64,000 bases of DNA from a phage. The notes beneath the pieces were generated by a model. That model was not told the origin of the DNA. It searched no databases and saw only the letters and a program-made list of their open reading frames with translations. The DNA lies in the sequence record PX421306.1, one strand, 5' to 3'. This document shows positions 28,264 to 37,385 of this stretch, in pieces; the stretch's first letter is position 1, and each line of letters starts with the position of its first letter. The position numbers and the translations under genes are program-made.

Positions 28264-29232
28264 TTATTTCAGAAGAGTAACCTCAGCAATTTCTTCCCAA
28301 CCGTTTTTGTCGGTCATAATAAAGTCAGCAAGATAAAGAGCAGTACGCAGTGAAACATTGCGTAAACGGTTAACATTAACTTTCATCCATGATAATGCTT
28401 TATAAGTTTCTTCATCAGAAAGACCACGCTTTTGCATCATGTCAGTTGAAAGAATAACATCTTCAACCCTGACCATAATTTCTTCATTAGTGTGAACACC
28501 CAAATCCAAATAAACCGAGCGGGACACTAATGCTTGTAAATGTGGAGCAAGTTTAGTACCACGGTCTAATTCGCGGTCAATGTCAACGTTTGTGATAAAA
28601 ACAATCGTTCCTTTAAATTCAAACTCACGGTCAATGCCTTTTTCTTCTAAGTAAGAAGACGCAGTGCTCCAGCAGACTTTACGGGTCTCTCCAGTGTCCA
28701 GAGCAGCTTTTAGAAGATTAAGAATGTCCATATCAGAGAAAACATCCACATCATCAATTAAAAGGACAGAATTCTCTTCACGATTATTCCAAAGCTGCTC
28801 ATAAAGACCAATACCAGAGATTTTACCATTAATGCTTTTATATTCAATGTATCCAATATCATTTGCTTTATTTAAAGCTTTATCTAAAGAATACGTTTTA
28901 CCAATACCTGCTGCGCCAGAGATAATTAATGAACGAATATTTCCATTAATAATACCGTTCGTCATCATTCCCATAACATTAAATCTTTTATTAATGCGGG
29001 TTTTCATATCTTCATATGATTCTTTAACTTCTTCAACTTTTACACCATCATATGAAATATCTGATTTGTAAACCCAAACACCGCGACGTTTACCGTCAAT
29101 TTCAACAAAAACTTTACCATCTCCTTGTGCATCTACCGGAGCATTATCTGGGAACCATTCGCCTAAGAGCTCAAAAGTTCCAGAGATTTCTTTACCGAAG
29201 TAGATACCCTTATTGATAGTTACAGTTTTCAT
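28264..29232 (-). CDS. P-loop NTPase (AAA-like ATPase), function unknown
   Basis: Start trimmed to MKTVTINKG; Walker A GAAGIGKT and Walker B VLLIDDVD. Confidence 0.6.
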   Translation of the reverse strand: MKTVTINKGIYFGKEISGTFELLGEWFPDNAPVDAQGDGKVFVEIDGKRRGVWVYKSDISYDGVKVEEVKESYEDMKTRINKRFNVMGMMTNGIINGNIRSLIISGAAGIGKTYSLDKALNKANDIGYIEYKSINGKISGIGLYEQLWNNREENSVLLIDDVDVFSDMDILNLLKAALDTGETRKVCWSTASSYLEEKGIDREFEFKGTIVFITNVDIDRELDRGTKLAPHLQALVSRSVYLDLGVHTNEEIMVRVEDVILSTDMMQKRGLSDEETYKALSWMKVNVNRLRNVSLRTALYLADFIMTDKNGWEEIAEVTLLK

Positions 29233-29257
29233 TTTATTCTCCAAATCCGTATCAGTT

Positions 29258-29318
29258 GATAGTTGTATAGTACCATAAAGCTTTATGCTTGTAAACAGTT
29301 TTGTGAAAAAATTTTTGA
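29258..29318 (-). promoter_or_regulatory. T4-type early promoter with leader cassette (duplicate of 2805-2868)
   Basis: GTTTAC (29291-29296), 18 nt, TGgTACTATAC; leader through the ATG nearly identical to the copy upstream of 2543-2779. Confidence 0.6.
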
Positions 29319-29321
29319 AAT

Positions 29322-29346
29322 AAAAAAAGGGAGCCCGAAGGCTCCC
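29322..29346 (-). terminator. intrinsic terminator
   Basis: GGGAGCC-UUCG-GGCUCCC then U7 on the minus transcript, just after the stop of the 29349-30362 gene. Confidence 0.7.
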
Positions 29347-29348
29347 TA

Positions 29349-30362
29349 TCATTTATAATAACTTCGATGGTTTTCAAGATAAACCCTCTCAAGGAAGTCA
29401 TCCCAGAAACCCATGTCTACTTTTTGCTGCATACCGTTCTTAGAAGCTTCAATAGATGCTGCTTCTACTTGATCGACCACATCTTCCAAAAACTCTTGAA
29501 CAGTTTTAAATGGGTGTTTACCCAGCTTCACGTCGAGAATAAATGGAGCGTCTTGAAGTGGATAGACTAAGTCACCAGTTTTGTAAATTTCCAATAGTTG
29601 GAGTCCACCACGACAAGCATGACTCAGAGCTTTCCAGTCAATACCTTCATTAGCTTCAGCCTTACGAGCGCGCTCGCCATATTCAGCATCAAGTTTATTC
29701 AGGGATTGCTTGAGCTCTGTAATTGATAACGTTGTTTGGTACTTACGTCCGAGAACAGTATAGAACGTTTGTGGACCTGTTTTCTCATGGTTATGGAATA
29801 CCCATTCACAGAATTCGTTTTCTGGAAGACGGTGTTTAATATCTGCAATTTTAGTACGACGTTGTCCTTGTGTTCCATCTTCTCGGTAATCAATCCACTG
29901 CTCAGGGATTTGATTAACTACTTTCAATACATCACGTAATGCAGCCAAACGAGAACCTTTGACACCGTATTTAGAAGCTTGCTTGCGGACATATCCTAAA
30001 TATGATTTCATGTTAGTTGTATAAAAACGAGAACGGTTGTCTTGAATAAACTTCCACACATCAGGTAAATCAGATTTAACCACTAGTTCAGGTGGAGTGT
30101 GAAGCATATCTAATGCTACGGTTTCACCATCTGCTGCTAATTTAAAGAAATATTTAAGACTGTATAGTTCATGGTCAATATCATCTTTAGTGTTTTTAGA
30201 TGATGTGTTGTTAGTGTTTTTACTCATATGCTCTTTAACATTTCCGATAAGAATATCACGAGCAGGAGGAACAAAGATTTCTTTAAAATCTACATCAGAT
30301 TCTGGAGTAGAAGTTCCATAAAGATGACTACCAAAATAGCTTTTCATTACTGTTTTCATCAT
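29349..30362 (-). CDS. nucleotidyltransferase-fold (pol-beta superfamily) protein, function unknown
   Basis: 337 aa; GSHLYGTSTPESDVDF matches hG[GS]x9-13DhD plus a downstream Asp (ALDMLH); long C-terminal extension. Confidence 0.6.
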   Translation of the reverse strand: MMKTVMKSYFGSHLYGTSTPESDVDFKEIFVPPARDILIGNVKEHMSKNTNNTSSKNTKDDIDHELYSLKYFFKLAADGETVALDMLHTPPELVVKSDLPDVWKFIQDNRSRFYTTNMKSYLGYVRKQASKYGVKGSRLAALRDVLKVVNQIPEQWIDYREDGTQGQRRTKIADIKHRLPENEFCEWVFHNHEKTGPQTFYTVLGRKYQTTLSITELKQSLNKLDAEYGERARKAEANEGIDWKALSHACRGGLQLLEIYKTGDLVYPLQDAPFILDVKLGKHPFKTVQEFLEDVVDQVEAASIEASKNGMQQKVDMGFWDDFLERVYLENHRSYYK

Positions 30363-30820
30363 TCAGCCTTATATTCAATAACAGGACATACTTTAGCTTT
30401 ACGCGCTTTTAAAAATTCGACGATAATAGATTTCTTTGGTTGAATAGGAGGTAAACCTTTATACGCCCTATCAATATTTTCTACATGTAAAGCATAATCC
30501 TTTTTCCATTTATAATCTTTATATTTTTCATGCAGTTGTGCAGGAATAACAAATGAACCAATAATAAGTAAAACAAGCAAAATAGCAAGTATAAATGCTG
30601 ATGGAATAAGAGTCCATAAACTACCAAAAATAAGCCATTTCTGCATGATTTCTGCGCAGATGATAGTTAGACCTGCGAGTATAGTACATCCGAAAAAAGA
30701 AACGAAAAATGTAGGGATAACAATAGACCAAAAATATGCACACAGTGTCTTAGGTCGTTTCCATTCGTCGTTAAACATTTTGAATAATTTATAGTGCCAA
30801 GAGCTTTCATTAATAATCAT
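30359..30820 (-). CDS. hypothetical polytopic membrane protein
   Basis: 153 aa, 3-4 predicted TM helices; stop overlaps the NTase start. Confidence 0.5.
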   Translation of the reverse strand: MIINESSWHYKLFKMFNDEWKRPKTLCAYFWSIVIPTFFVSFFGCTILAGLTIICAEIMQKWLIFGSLWTLIPSAFILAILLVLLIIGSFVIPAQLHEKYKDYKWKKDYALHVENIDRAYKGLPPIQPKKSIIVEFLKARKAKVCPVIEYKAE

Positions 30821-30822
30821 AA

Positions 30823-31344
30823 TTATCCTTTCATTGAAGGTGTAACAGTTGTTAAATACTTAATCATAGCTTCAGCTTCTGATTTTGATAATGAAATTTC
30901 TCCATTGTTTTGACGAATAGAAATAAAATCCGGATGACGGTCACCACCAGCTTTTAAAATACACATATAAGTATCAGTTTCATCTTCAATATCTGAAATG
31001 ATTGAAGCAGTTCCGCATGAATGTGGTTTTTGATAAATCAATGCAGCTTTTCTTCCACCGTTTGACTGTTCATAAACTTTTAACACATCAAACAAATCAC
31101 TTCTTTTATCAATAGCTAAGATGTTGTTTTCATCTTCAATGTTAAATCCTTCGGATACTTCATAAAGTGTCACCCATAAATCGCCAATATCAATGACAGC
31201 ATTCACCTTTCCATGATTTTCAAGAGCATTACAAATTTTCTTAATTTCATCATAACTCATTTTAATAATATCATCTCCTTGAATAAGGAAGATGTCATTT
31301 TTAAATTCAACACGAATTAAACTGCTTTCACTTGAAATAAACAT
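30823..31344 (-). CDS. hypothetical protein (paralog of 31351-31902)
   Basis: 173 aa; shares GFNIEDE and C-terminal A.L.KYLT.V.PSM motifs with neighbour. Confidence 0.5.
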   Translation of the reverse strand: MFISSESSLIRVEFKNDIFLIQGDDIIKMSYDEIKKICNALENHGKVNAVIDIGDLWVTLYEVSEGFNIEDENNILAIDKRSDLFDVLKVYEQSNGGRKAALIYQKPHSCGTASIISDIEDETDTYMCILKAGGDRHPDFISIRQNNGEISLSKSEAEAMIKYLTTVTPSMKG

Positions 31345-31350
31345 ATTTCC

Positions 31351-31902
31351 TCACTTTGAAATCATAGTTGGAATGACAGAATCAAGATAAGTCTTTAATA
31401 AAACAGCTTCTTCTTTGTTTAATACAACAACATTAACATCATTTACCGATTGACGAATAGTTAAGACATCTCCTTCTTCGTAACACTTTGATACATTTAA
31501 AACAGTTTCATAATTTTGATTACAAGCGTTAGTAATAATAGCATTGCAATTTTTAAACCATTTTAAACCATGTTTTCTTTCGTTAGAATAATAAAAATAT
31601 TTAATTTTAGTTATAAAATTATCCCAATTATTAATTGATAAGCATATTGACTCGCTTTCAATGTTAAATCCTGGGCATAAAGAATAGAAATGAATTTTAT
31701 GCTCATCATTAATGCTTACAATTTTATCAGTATAAGGTTTTTCAATTTGGGTTAAATGAATAATTTCACTAGGTGTAAAATACAGCATATCGTCTTCTTG
31801 CGTCAAACGATACATATTATTTACTTTTTCTATAGCCAATTCACCAAAAAGTGAACTAACTTCTAGTACTAATCGTTTCATATTAATCCTTTTTATTGGC
31901 AT
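31351..31902 (-). CDS. hypothetical protein (paralog of 30823-31344)
   Basis: 183 aa; GFNIESE and C-terminal LLKTYLDSVIPTM. Confidence 0.5.
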   Translation of the reverse strand: MPIKRINMKRLVLEVSSLFGELAIEKVNNMYRLTQEDDMLYFTPSEIIHLTQIEKPYTDKIVSINDEHKIHFYSLCPGFNIESESICLSINNWDNFITKIKYFYYSNERKHGLKWFKNCNAIITNACNQNYETVLNVSKCYEEGDVLTIRQSVNDVNVVVLNKEEAVLLKTYLDSVIPTMISK

Positions 31903-32161
31903 GAATTTTTTCTAAAATTTTAGAGTATTCCTTTGTATCAGATTTACGCACAATCGATACACTATAAGGCATACTATCAGTGTCTTTTATAAAGCGTTCC
32001 AAATGACACTCTAATAAAATTTCTGGATTATAAATCGTGTACATCAAATTACCTGTTGCTCCACGATATTGGCAGATTTCTACTGATTGAGCATCATTCC
32101 ACAATTTTGTTAAGACTAAATCACCTACTTCTAATTTCGGAAAGCTCACATTATTCACCAA
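31883..32161 (-). CDS. hypothetical protein
   Basis: 92-aa ORF with non-ATG start in track; true start uncertain. Confidence 0.35.
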   Translation of the reverse strand: MVNNVSFPKLEVGDLVLTKLWNDAQSVEICQYRGATGNLMYTIYNPEILLECHLERFIKDTDSMPYSVSIVRKSDTKEYSKILEKIHANKKD

Positions 32162-32342
32162 TTAAAGTTTCAATTAATTCTCTTAACTTAAAAGCTTGTT
32201 CATTTGTCATTACATACTCCTTTGAATAATATCAATAATGTTGTTCACTAGATTATAAGTAAACATTGGGTAATTATATTGAATCATCACATACACAACA
32301 AACAAAATTTTCATTCTCTTCTCCTTGGCAGTTGACAAGATT

Positions 32343-32372
32343 ACTATACCATAACCTTGCCAACTTGTAAAC
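32343..32372 (-). promoter_or_regulatory. T4-type early promoter
   Basis: GTTTAC (32367-32372), 18 nt, TGgTATAGT. Confidence 0.5.
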
Positions 32373-32374
32373 CA

Positions 32375-32548
32375 TTAAATGACGTTTTCAATAAAATTCT
32401 GAAGCTTTGTGTGAGCATCAACCATGATTTTCATTTCTTCCTTTGCGAAAGCTGTACCTCTTTCACGAGAAGAATACTCATAGTCAGAAACTGCATTAGC
32501 ATATTCTTCAATTAGCTTCATTAAAAACATCTGCTTTTCAGTTTTCAT
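32375..32548 (-). CDS. small protein (57 aa), not in the ORF track
   Basis: ATG preceded by AGGTGG RBS embedded in the end of the upstream gene. Confidence 0.4.
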   Translation of the reverse strand: MKTEKQMFLMKLIEEYANAVSDYEYSSRERGTAFAKEEMKIMVDAHTKLQNFIENVI

Positions 32549-32732
32549 TATTCCACCTAATCATTTCAAGATATTGAACTAACTTAGCTTTGGATTTATC
32601 CAAATCCTTTTTAGCTGCTTCTATACCATCGTATGAATATCCTTCACAATGCTCAACTGCCAATTGGTATGAATCTATTTCAATATCACGTGCTAATTTA
32701 ATGATTTTTTCAAACTGTTCACGTGTTAGCAT
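32538..32732 (-). CDS. hypothetical protein
   Basis: 64-aa ORF. Confidence 0.45.
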   Translation of the reverse strand: MLTREQFEKIIKLARDIEIDSYQLAVEHCEGYSYDGIEAAKKDLDKSKAKLVQYLEMIRWNNEN

Positions 32733-32734
32733 AC

Positions 32735-32938
32735 TTAAACTCTCGTATTATGATCGATAATTTCATCAAGAAACATATCTAAAGCTTCTACAGCATTATC
32801 AACTTTAGCTTCAAGTTCTTCAGCGCCTTTATTTGCAATGCCTGCCGAAAACCAAGCAAAGTCACTAAGTTCCTCGTCTGCTTTGCGAATTAAAGCTACC
32901 AATTCTTTAATTTTATCTGCTTGTTCGATACTAATCAT
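32735..32938 (-). CDS. hypothetical protein
   Basis: Start trimmed to [13 protein letters not shown]; acidic helical protein. Confidence 0.45.
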   Translation of the reverse strand: MISIEQADKIKELVALIRKADEELSDFAWFSAGIANKGAEELEAKVDNAVEALDMFLDEIIDHNTRV

Positions 32939-33126
32939 TATTCCACCACATATGAAAGAGAGAATATTGCACACGCCATATGAGTTGCAGCTTCATCACA
33001 CATATCATAACGTTTCTTAAGAAGTTTTTCAAGTTCTTCACTGGTAACTTCATCCATGTCGACGAAAAAATCACCATTAATGATGACGTAGATATTTCCT
33101 TCTTGATTAAGTGCTTCAATTTTCAT
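32938..33126 (-). CDS. hypothetical protein
   Basis: Start trimmed to [10 protein letters not shown] with GAGGAG RBS; track extension covers the promoter leader. Confidence 0.45.
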   Translation of the reverse strand: MKIEALNQEGNIYVIINGDFFVDMDEVTSEELEKLLKKRYDMCDEAATHMACAIFSLSYVVE

Positions 33127-33149
33127 GATGTTCTCCTCTTTATCCGATA

Positions 33150-33190
33150 GTTGTATAGTATCACAGCTCAAATGGAAAGTAAACCGGTAA
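33150..33190 (-). promoter_or_regulatory. T4-type early promoter with conserved leader
   Basis: GTTTAC (33179-33184), 18 nt, TGaTACTATAC (33155-33160). Confidence 0.55.
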
Positions 33191-33199
33191 AATGAAAAA

Positions 33200-33217
33200 A
33201 GTCTCCCGAAGGAGACT
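33200..33217 (-). terminator. intrinsic terminator
   Basis: AGUCUCC-UUCG-GGAGACU then U-run, immediately after the stop at 33222. Confidence 0.6.
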
Positions 33218-33221
33218 AATG

Positions 33222-33608
33222 TTATTCGAGGGAAAGAAGATATTTACTTTGATAAAACATCCCAGTAATATCATCTATCGTGCTTTGAATGGCTGGAGGC
33301 ATTTCTTTATAAATGCTGTTAGATTGGTCTAGTATGCGATCAATCATTTTAATTGTGTCGGTAGGAAGTTTACTAGCATCTGGAATTGAAGGTGTATATT
33401 TTCTACCAGAATACCCTAAATATTGCTCACCAAATTTATCAATCAAATCTGGCAACTCAGAGAAAATAAAATCGTATGCCTTGTGTCTAGCATAACTTTT
33501 AGTTTCAAAATGCGCAGAATGAAAATAAGCTTGTGCAGCCATTAATAAACCTAAGTATTCATCTGCCTTTGAAGGTTTTCCACTTTGTGAAAAGTCGCTG
33601 AATTTCAT
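33222..33608 (-). CDS. hypothetical protein (rI.-1 position)
   Basis: 128-aa ORF directly downstream of rI. Confidence 0.5.
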   Translation of the reverse strand: MKFSDFSQSGKPSKADEYLGLLMAAQAYFHSAHFETKSYARHKAYDFIFSELPDLIDKFGEQYLGYSGRKYTPSIPDASKLPTDTIKMIDRILDQSNSIYKEMPPAIQSTIDDITGMFYQSKYLLSLE

Positions 33609-33898
33609 TCAGTCTCCAATTTAATGTTCATAATTCTAGCGTATGATTGTGCCATCTCCGCGCCTCGCTCTATACATTCAAAATCGGAAGAGCACGGGTC
33701 ATTTTTATAAGTCGTTCGCATAAAACTATAGAACTGTTCAGATGATTCTACGCTTTTATTTTCAAAAAGCATATAAACATGTCTAATGCCAGATTCCATA
33801 AATTTATCAAAATGAGGATCGACATTTGCTTCAATCGGTGGAGATAAAGCAAACGCTAATCCTAGCATGGCAAATAGTGCCGTTGCTTTTAAGGCCAT
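33605..33898 (-). CDS. rI: lysis inhibition regulator RI
   Basis: 97 aa with signal-anchor; near-identical to recalled T4 RI. Confidence 0.85.
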   Translation of the reverse strand: MALKATALFAMLGLAFALSPPIEANVDPHFDKFMESGIRHVYMLFENKSVESSEQFYSFMRTTYKNDPCSSDFECIERGAEMAQSYARIMNIKLETE

Positions 33899-33910
33899 AA
33901 AGGCCTCCTA

Positions 33911-34123
33911 TCATTTTTGTCCTGTATTTACTTTGTGCCGATGCACGGCCTTAACTTTATCAAGGTATTTTTCAAAATTTCGCAATCTAGTATAGTCTGC
34001 CGGAGATTGGTTGAGTGATACTTCTCGACGCAAAGCTGAAATGATATTTCCAACTTCCCTACGAATTTCATCTAATTGAAGAACAGTAAGATTGCGAAGT
34101 TGCTTTTCAGTTAATTGTAGCAT
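33911..34123 (-). CDS. hypothetical protein (rI.1 position)
   Basis: 70-aa ORF between tk and rI. Confidence 0.5.
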
Positions 34124-34165
34124 ATATACCCCTTTAGTTAGATAAACCTATTTATAACTTTTGCA

Positions 34166-34747
34166 CTAACCGAGCTTTTTAGTTAATTCATTCCAATGTT
34201 TTCTGCACAAAGAAACATAAATTTCATCACCAATACAGATTTGATTACCTTCTTTAACTGGTGTTCCATCTTCCATTAATCGAGCTGTCATAATCGCTTT
34301 TTTACCACAATGACAAACTGCTTTTAGTTCAATAAGTTTATCTGCAATCGCCAAAAGTTCTTTAGAACCTTCAAATAATTTTCCAGCGAAATCAGTCCTT
34401 AGTCCATAAGCCATAACAGGAACATTGTATGTATCGACAATTCGGCTTAATTGATGCACCTGTTCAGTTTTTAAAAACTGAGCTTCATCTACAAATACGC
34501 AATGAATATCTTTTTGTGCTTCAGCCCATTTATAGAACTCAAAAATATCCATATCATCCGTAATAATATTCGCTTCCTGTTTAATTCCAATGCGAGAAAC
34601 GACTTCACAGACAGAATCGCGAGTATCAATAGCAGGTTTAAGAACTAATACACCCATTCCGCGTTCTTTATAATTATGCGCAGCAGTCAAAAGAGAAGCA
34701 GATTTTCCAGCATTCATTGCTGCATAAGTAAAAATTAAACTCGCCAT
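34166..34747 (-). CDS. tk: thymidine kinase
   Basis: 193 aa; P-loop NAGKSASLL; C-terminal Zn-binding cysteines. Confidence 0.92.
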   Translation of the reverse strand: MASLIFTYAAMNAGKSASLLTAAHNYKERGMGVLVLKPAIDTRDSVCEVVSRIGIKQEANIITDDMDIFEFYKWAEAQKDIHCVFVDEAQFLKTEQVHQLSRIVDTYNVPVMAYGLRTDFAGKLFEGSKELLAIADKLIELKAVCHCGKKAIMTARLMEDGTPVKEGNQICIGDEIYVSLCRKHWNELTKKLG

Positions 34748-34756
34748 ATCACCTTC

Positions 34757-34942
34757 TTAAAGCGTATTCACATAATCTATTAATTCGTTTTCTTTCTTAT
34801 CAAACCGGTCAGCAAATTCTTCTTGCTGTTCGGGAGATAGCGGGCCGTATTCATCATAAAAGGTGTTTGCTTCTGTATGCTCATCTAGAAGTTCATGGAT
34901 AAGCTCAAACAATTTATCTTTTTGTTCTTTGCTTAGGCTCAC
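34757..34942 (-). CDS. hypothetical acidic protein (tk.1 position)
   Basis: 61-aa ORF. Confidence 0.45.
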   Translation of the reverse strand: MSLSKEQKDKLFELIHELLDEHTEANTFYDEYGPLSPEQQEEFADRFDKKENELIDYVNTL

Positions 34943-35111
34943 AGTATGTTAATCCCCAAAAGTTTTAAAATGACTCGTTTCTGATTCATAACCGCTACGA
35001 TTGAATGACCGTTGGGGTCTTTTTGACCCGATCCAATTATAAATCCTTTTTGTGCAGAAAGTTCAATCAAAACATCAAGTTCACGTAATAATTGATATTT
35101 TAAATCATCAT

Positions 35112-35339
35112 TCATTTTGGTTTACCTTCTTTAACGAAATCAGGATAAGGATAAAATCCTGAATAAAATCCTTCACCTTTATGATTGATGCATCCTTTAT
35201 TAGAACAATAGCACCAATAATCGAAATCACAAGCCATTTCATCATTACATAAAGCAAAAACAACAGGCCATTTACACTTTTCACAATGGGCATTTTTAAG
35301 AATACTAGTTTGGCTCATAACCATGTAACCTTTAAGCAA
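35112..35339 (-). CDS. hypothetical Cys-rich protein
   Basis: 75 aa; CEKC...CxC...CSNKGCINH suggests metal binding. Confidence 0.4.
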   Translation of the reverse strand: MLKGYMVMSQTSILKNAHCEKCKWPVVFALCNDEMACDFDYWCYCSNKGCINHKGEGFYSGFYPYPDFVKEGKPK

Positions 35340-35527
35340 TATTCTTCTACATGTTGTTTACGACCTTTCCTATCAATAAAGGTATATTCAACGAATGTTC
35401 CAATATAGTCTTTATCTACATCATGAGGACTATTAATTGGGCATTTAGTACGGCAAATGCGTTCCCATTGACGAATAATTTCTGCTTTGTTTTTAGGATC
35501 AAACGGATGCGGGTAATGTACTTTCAT
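35315..35527 (-). CDS. hypothetical protein
   Basis: 70-aa ORF with stop/start overlaps. Confidence 0.45.
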   Translation of the reverse strand: MKVHYPHPFDPKNKAEIIRQWERICRTKCPINSPHDVDKDYIGTFVEYTFIDRKGRKQHVEEYCLKVTWL

Positions 35528-35978
35528 AATCCACCACTATCAAATCAATATCAGGAGTAAACATGTCGATTAATTTAGAAACCTTATCCCAATCACCGCC
35601 AGCAATACCACAACCTATGCGTGGAATGTAAATTACTGGTTTAAACAAAAGGGTCTCTGCCTGTAGATTTAATTCTATCATGCAGTTTACTAAAGCACCA
35701 TAATCAAGATTAGGACCCGGTTCGTATTGCGTATAAAGGTTATAGCATATACCAAATCCTGTAGGACTGTGTTTAAAAACAATAGACATATCGCCTAATT
35801 TATCACGAGAACCGTACTCGGTAGTGGTTTTATCTATTTCTAAAATTTTGGGATAGGCTTTTGCTAATTGACCTGCTACGCCAGAGCCCATTGTGTGGAA
35901 GCAATTGCACCCGTGCGCAATAATATTACCTTGAAGAAATAGGGCGACAATATCGCCCTTGATATATTTTACAATCAT
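35499..35978 (-). CDS. macro-domain protein (ADP-ribose binding/hydrolase fold)
   Basis: 159 aa; GDIV...NIIAHGCNC...MGSGVAGQLAKAYP and IGCGIAGGDW align to macro-domain signature motifs. Confidence 0.6.
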   Translation of the reverse strand: MIVKYIKGDIVALFLQGNIIAHGCNCFHTMGSGVAGQLAKAYPKILEIDKTTTEYGSRDKLGDMSIVFKHSPTGFGICYNLYTQYEPGPNLDYGALVNCMIELNLQAETLLFKPVIYIPRIGCGIAGGDWDKVSKLIDMFTPDIDLIVVDYESTLPASV

Positions 35979-36316
35979 CTAGTACTCAATCCTCGATTAT
36001 AAGAATCTACTAAACGGTCAACCATTGAATGACAAGCGGCTTTATCTTTCTCCTCCGCAACTGAACATTCTAAGGTATTCCACTTTTTAGCATATCGTTT
36101 TAATAAAGTATCGTTCTTGTATCTGCTTGATTTATCTCTTTCTCCGTCTTTATATGCATATATTAATTTCTGCGCAAATTCAGCTTGGCATGCTTTATTT
36201 TTCCCACAATAATCCGCGGCAGTACGGTTTACATACTCTCTAACTTCAGAATATGATATATCTGCTAACGCAGAAAATGAAATTAATCCTACACATAAAA
36301 CCAAAATTTTAGTCAT
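35975..36316 (-). CDS. hypothetical secreted protein (vs locus)
   Basis: 113 aa with signal peptide MTKILVLCVGLISFSALA and several Cys. Confidence 0.5.
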   Translation of the reverse strand: MTKILVLCVGLISFSALADISYSEVREYVNRTAADYCGKNKACQAEFAQKLIYAYKDGERDKSSRYKNDTLLKRYAKKWNTLECSVAEEKDKAACHSMVDRLVDSYNRGLSTR

Positions 36317-36854
36317 TTACTATTTCCAACAGTTTATTATTTTTAAGGTAGTTAGCCTTTTCTAGGACTTCAGAAGCATATTTAGAACCTGCTTTAACAT
36401 TCCATCCCGAATTATAAGAGGATATTGCCTTTCTTATATCGCCCTTATGTATATTTAACCAATAAGAAAGTTCAATGTACGCCCAGGAAGCTGAATTGGA
36501 CCGTTTATTCAACATTCTTTTTATTTCGGCATCGGTCATATTATAACCAAGTTCCTTAACTCTTGCACGCATGGTTGGCAAATAATTTTGGAACATTCCG
36601 TAGGCATGATGTTTTGGTTTAGATTTTAAATTAACTCCGGCAGAGCTTTCTTGCCATAAAATGGCAGCCATTATATGACCTAATCCGCTCTTGTGGATAT
36701 TTTTGTGTGTTTTATATTTTCCATCCTTAGAAAATTGTTCCCCGAATTGATACGCGTAACGCATGTTATCGAGTTGGACATTACTGAAAGTATGCTCGGA
36801 GCTATGTGCCATCATAGAAATGGCCAATAGACCAGCGAGTAGTGCTTTTCTCAT
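36309..36854 (-). CDS. secreted lytic-transglycosylase-like (SLT domain) protein
   Basis: 181 aa; signal peptide; ILWQESSAG ... YGMFQ resembles the SLT catalytic Glu region. Confidence 0.5.
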   Translation of the reverse strand: MRKALLAGLLAISMMAHSSEHTFSNVQLDNMRYAYQFGEQFSKDGKYKTHKNIHKSGLGHIMAAILWQESSAGVNLKSKPKHHAYGMFQNYLPTMRARVKELGYNMTDAEIKRMLNKRSNSASWAYIELSYWLNIHKGDIRKAISSYNSGWNVKAGSKYASEVLEKANYLKNNKLLEIVND

Positions 36855-36861
36855 GCTTACC

Positions 36862-37323
36862 TCATTGAGTTTTAATTACTGCTTTAGAAGCCTTTCCTGG
36901 TAAACGACGACTGTTAATAATTGCCATCCTGCACTGAAGCGACGGGTCTTTGAACTTCGCATTAGGTTTACAAACTGTAAATCCAAGCCAAAGATTTCCA
37001 TCTGTGATTTCTAAACGTCCAGGACGATATTCAATCCCATCAATAAAATCCTCGTCAATGTCAGGACGCGGAGGCATACTCAGGAATTCATTAACTTCTA
37101 AAACATGGTCTTTTATTTTATGGAATAATTCAAAAACATATGTCTCATCAATCTCCCGTTGAATTGCACGATCAAGAAGATGTTGAGAATATTTTAGATG
37201 AAACGATGAGACCCCTGCTGCTTTTGATGCCTCACGAATCTCATTGTTAATTTGACGAAACTCCGACTCAAAGTGACGACGGAGCTTATTTCGACGGATA
37301 AAAACTTCTGTGTTGATAGTCAT
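36862..37323 (-). CDS. regB: site-specific endoribonuclease RegB
   Basis: 153 aa, near-identical to recalled T4 RegB. Confidence 0.88.
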   Translation of the reverse strand: MTINTEVFIRRNKLRRHFESEFRQINNEIREASKAAGVSSFHLKYSQHLLDRAIQREIDETYVFELFHKIKDHVLEVNEFLSMPPRPDIDEDFIDGIEYRPGRLEITDGNLWLGFTVCKPNAKFKDPSLQCRMAIINSRRLPGKASKAVIKTQ

Positions 37324-37344
37324 GTTATTCTCCTCTTAACTGAT

Positions 37345-37385
37345 AGAAAAATTATACCACAGTCAAGAGGAAAAGTAAACAGTTA
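37345..37385 (-). promoter_or_regulatory. T4-type early promoter upstream of regB
   Basis: GTTTAC (37375-37380), 18 nt, TGgTATAAT (37351-37356). Confidence 0.6.

Noticed and set aside
2543-29352. Shared N-terminal peptide TIQLSTDTDLENKMK in the track ORFs 2543-2890 and 28264-29352, suggesting a conserved protein domain
   Set aside because: The shared peptide is the translation of the duplicated promoter/leader cassette upstream of the real ATG; both genes start at the downstream Met
35108-35293. 61-aa hydrophobic ORF overlapping 35112-35339 in another frame
   Set aside because: Mutually exclusive with the Cys-rich 75-aa ORF, which has the better operon fit; cannot both be coding
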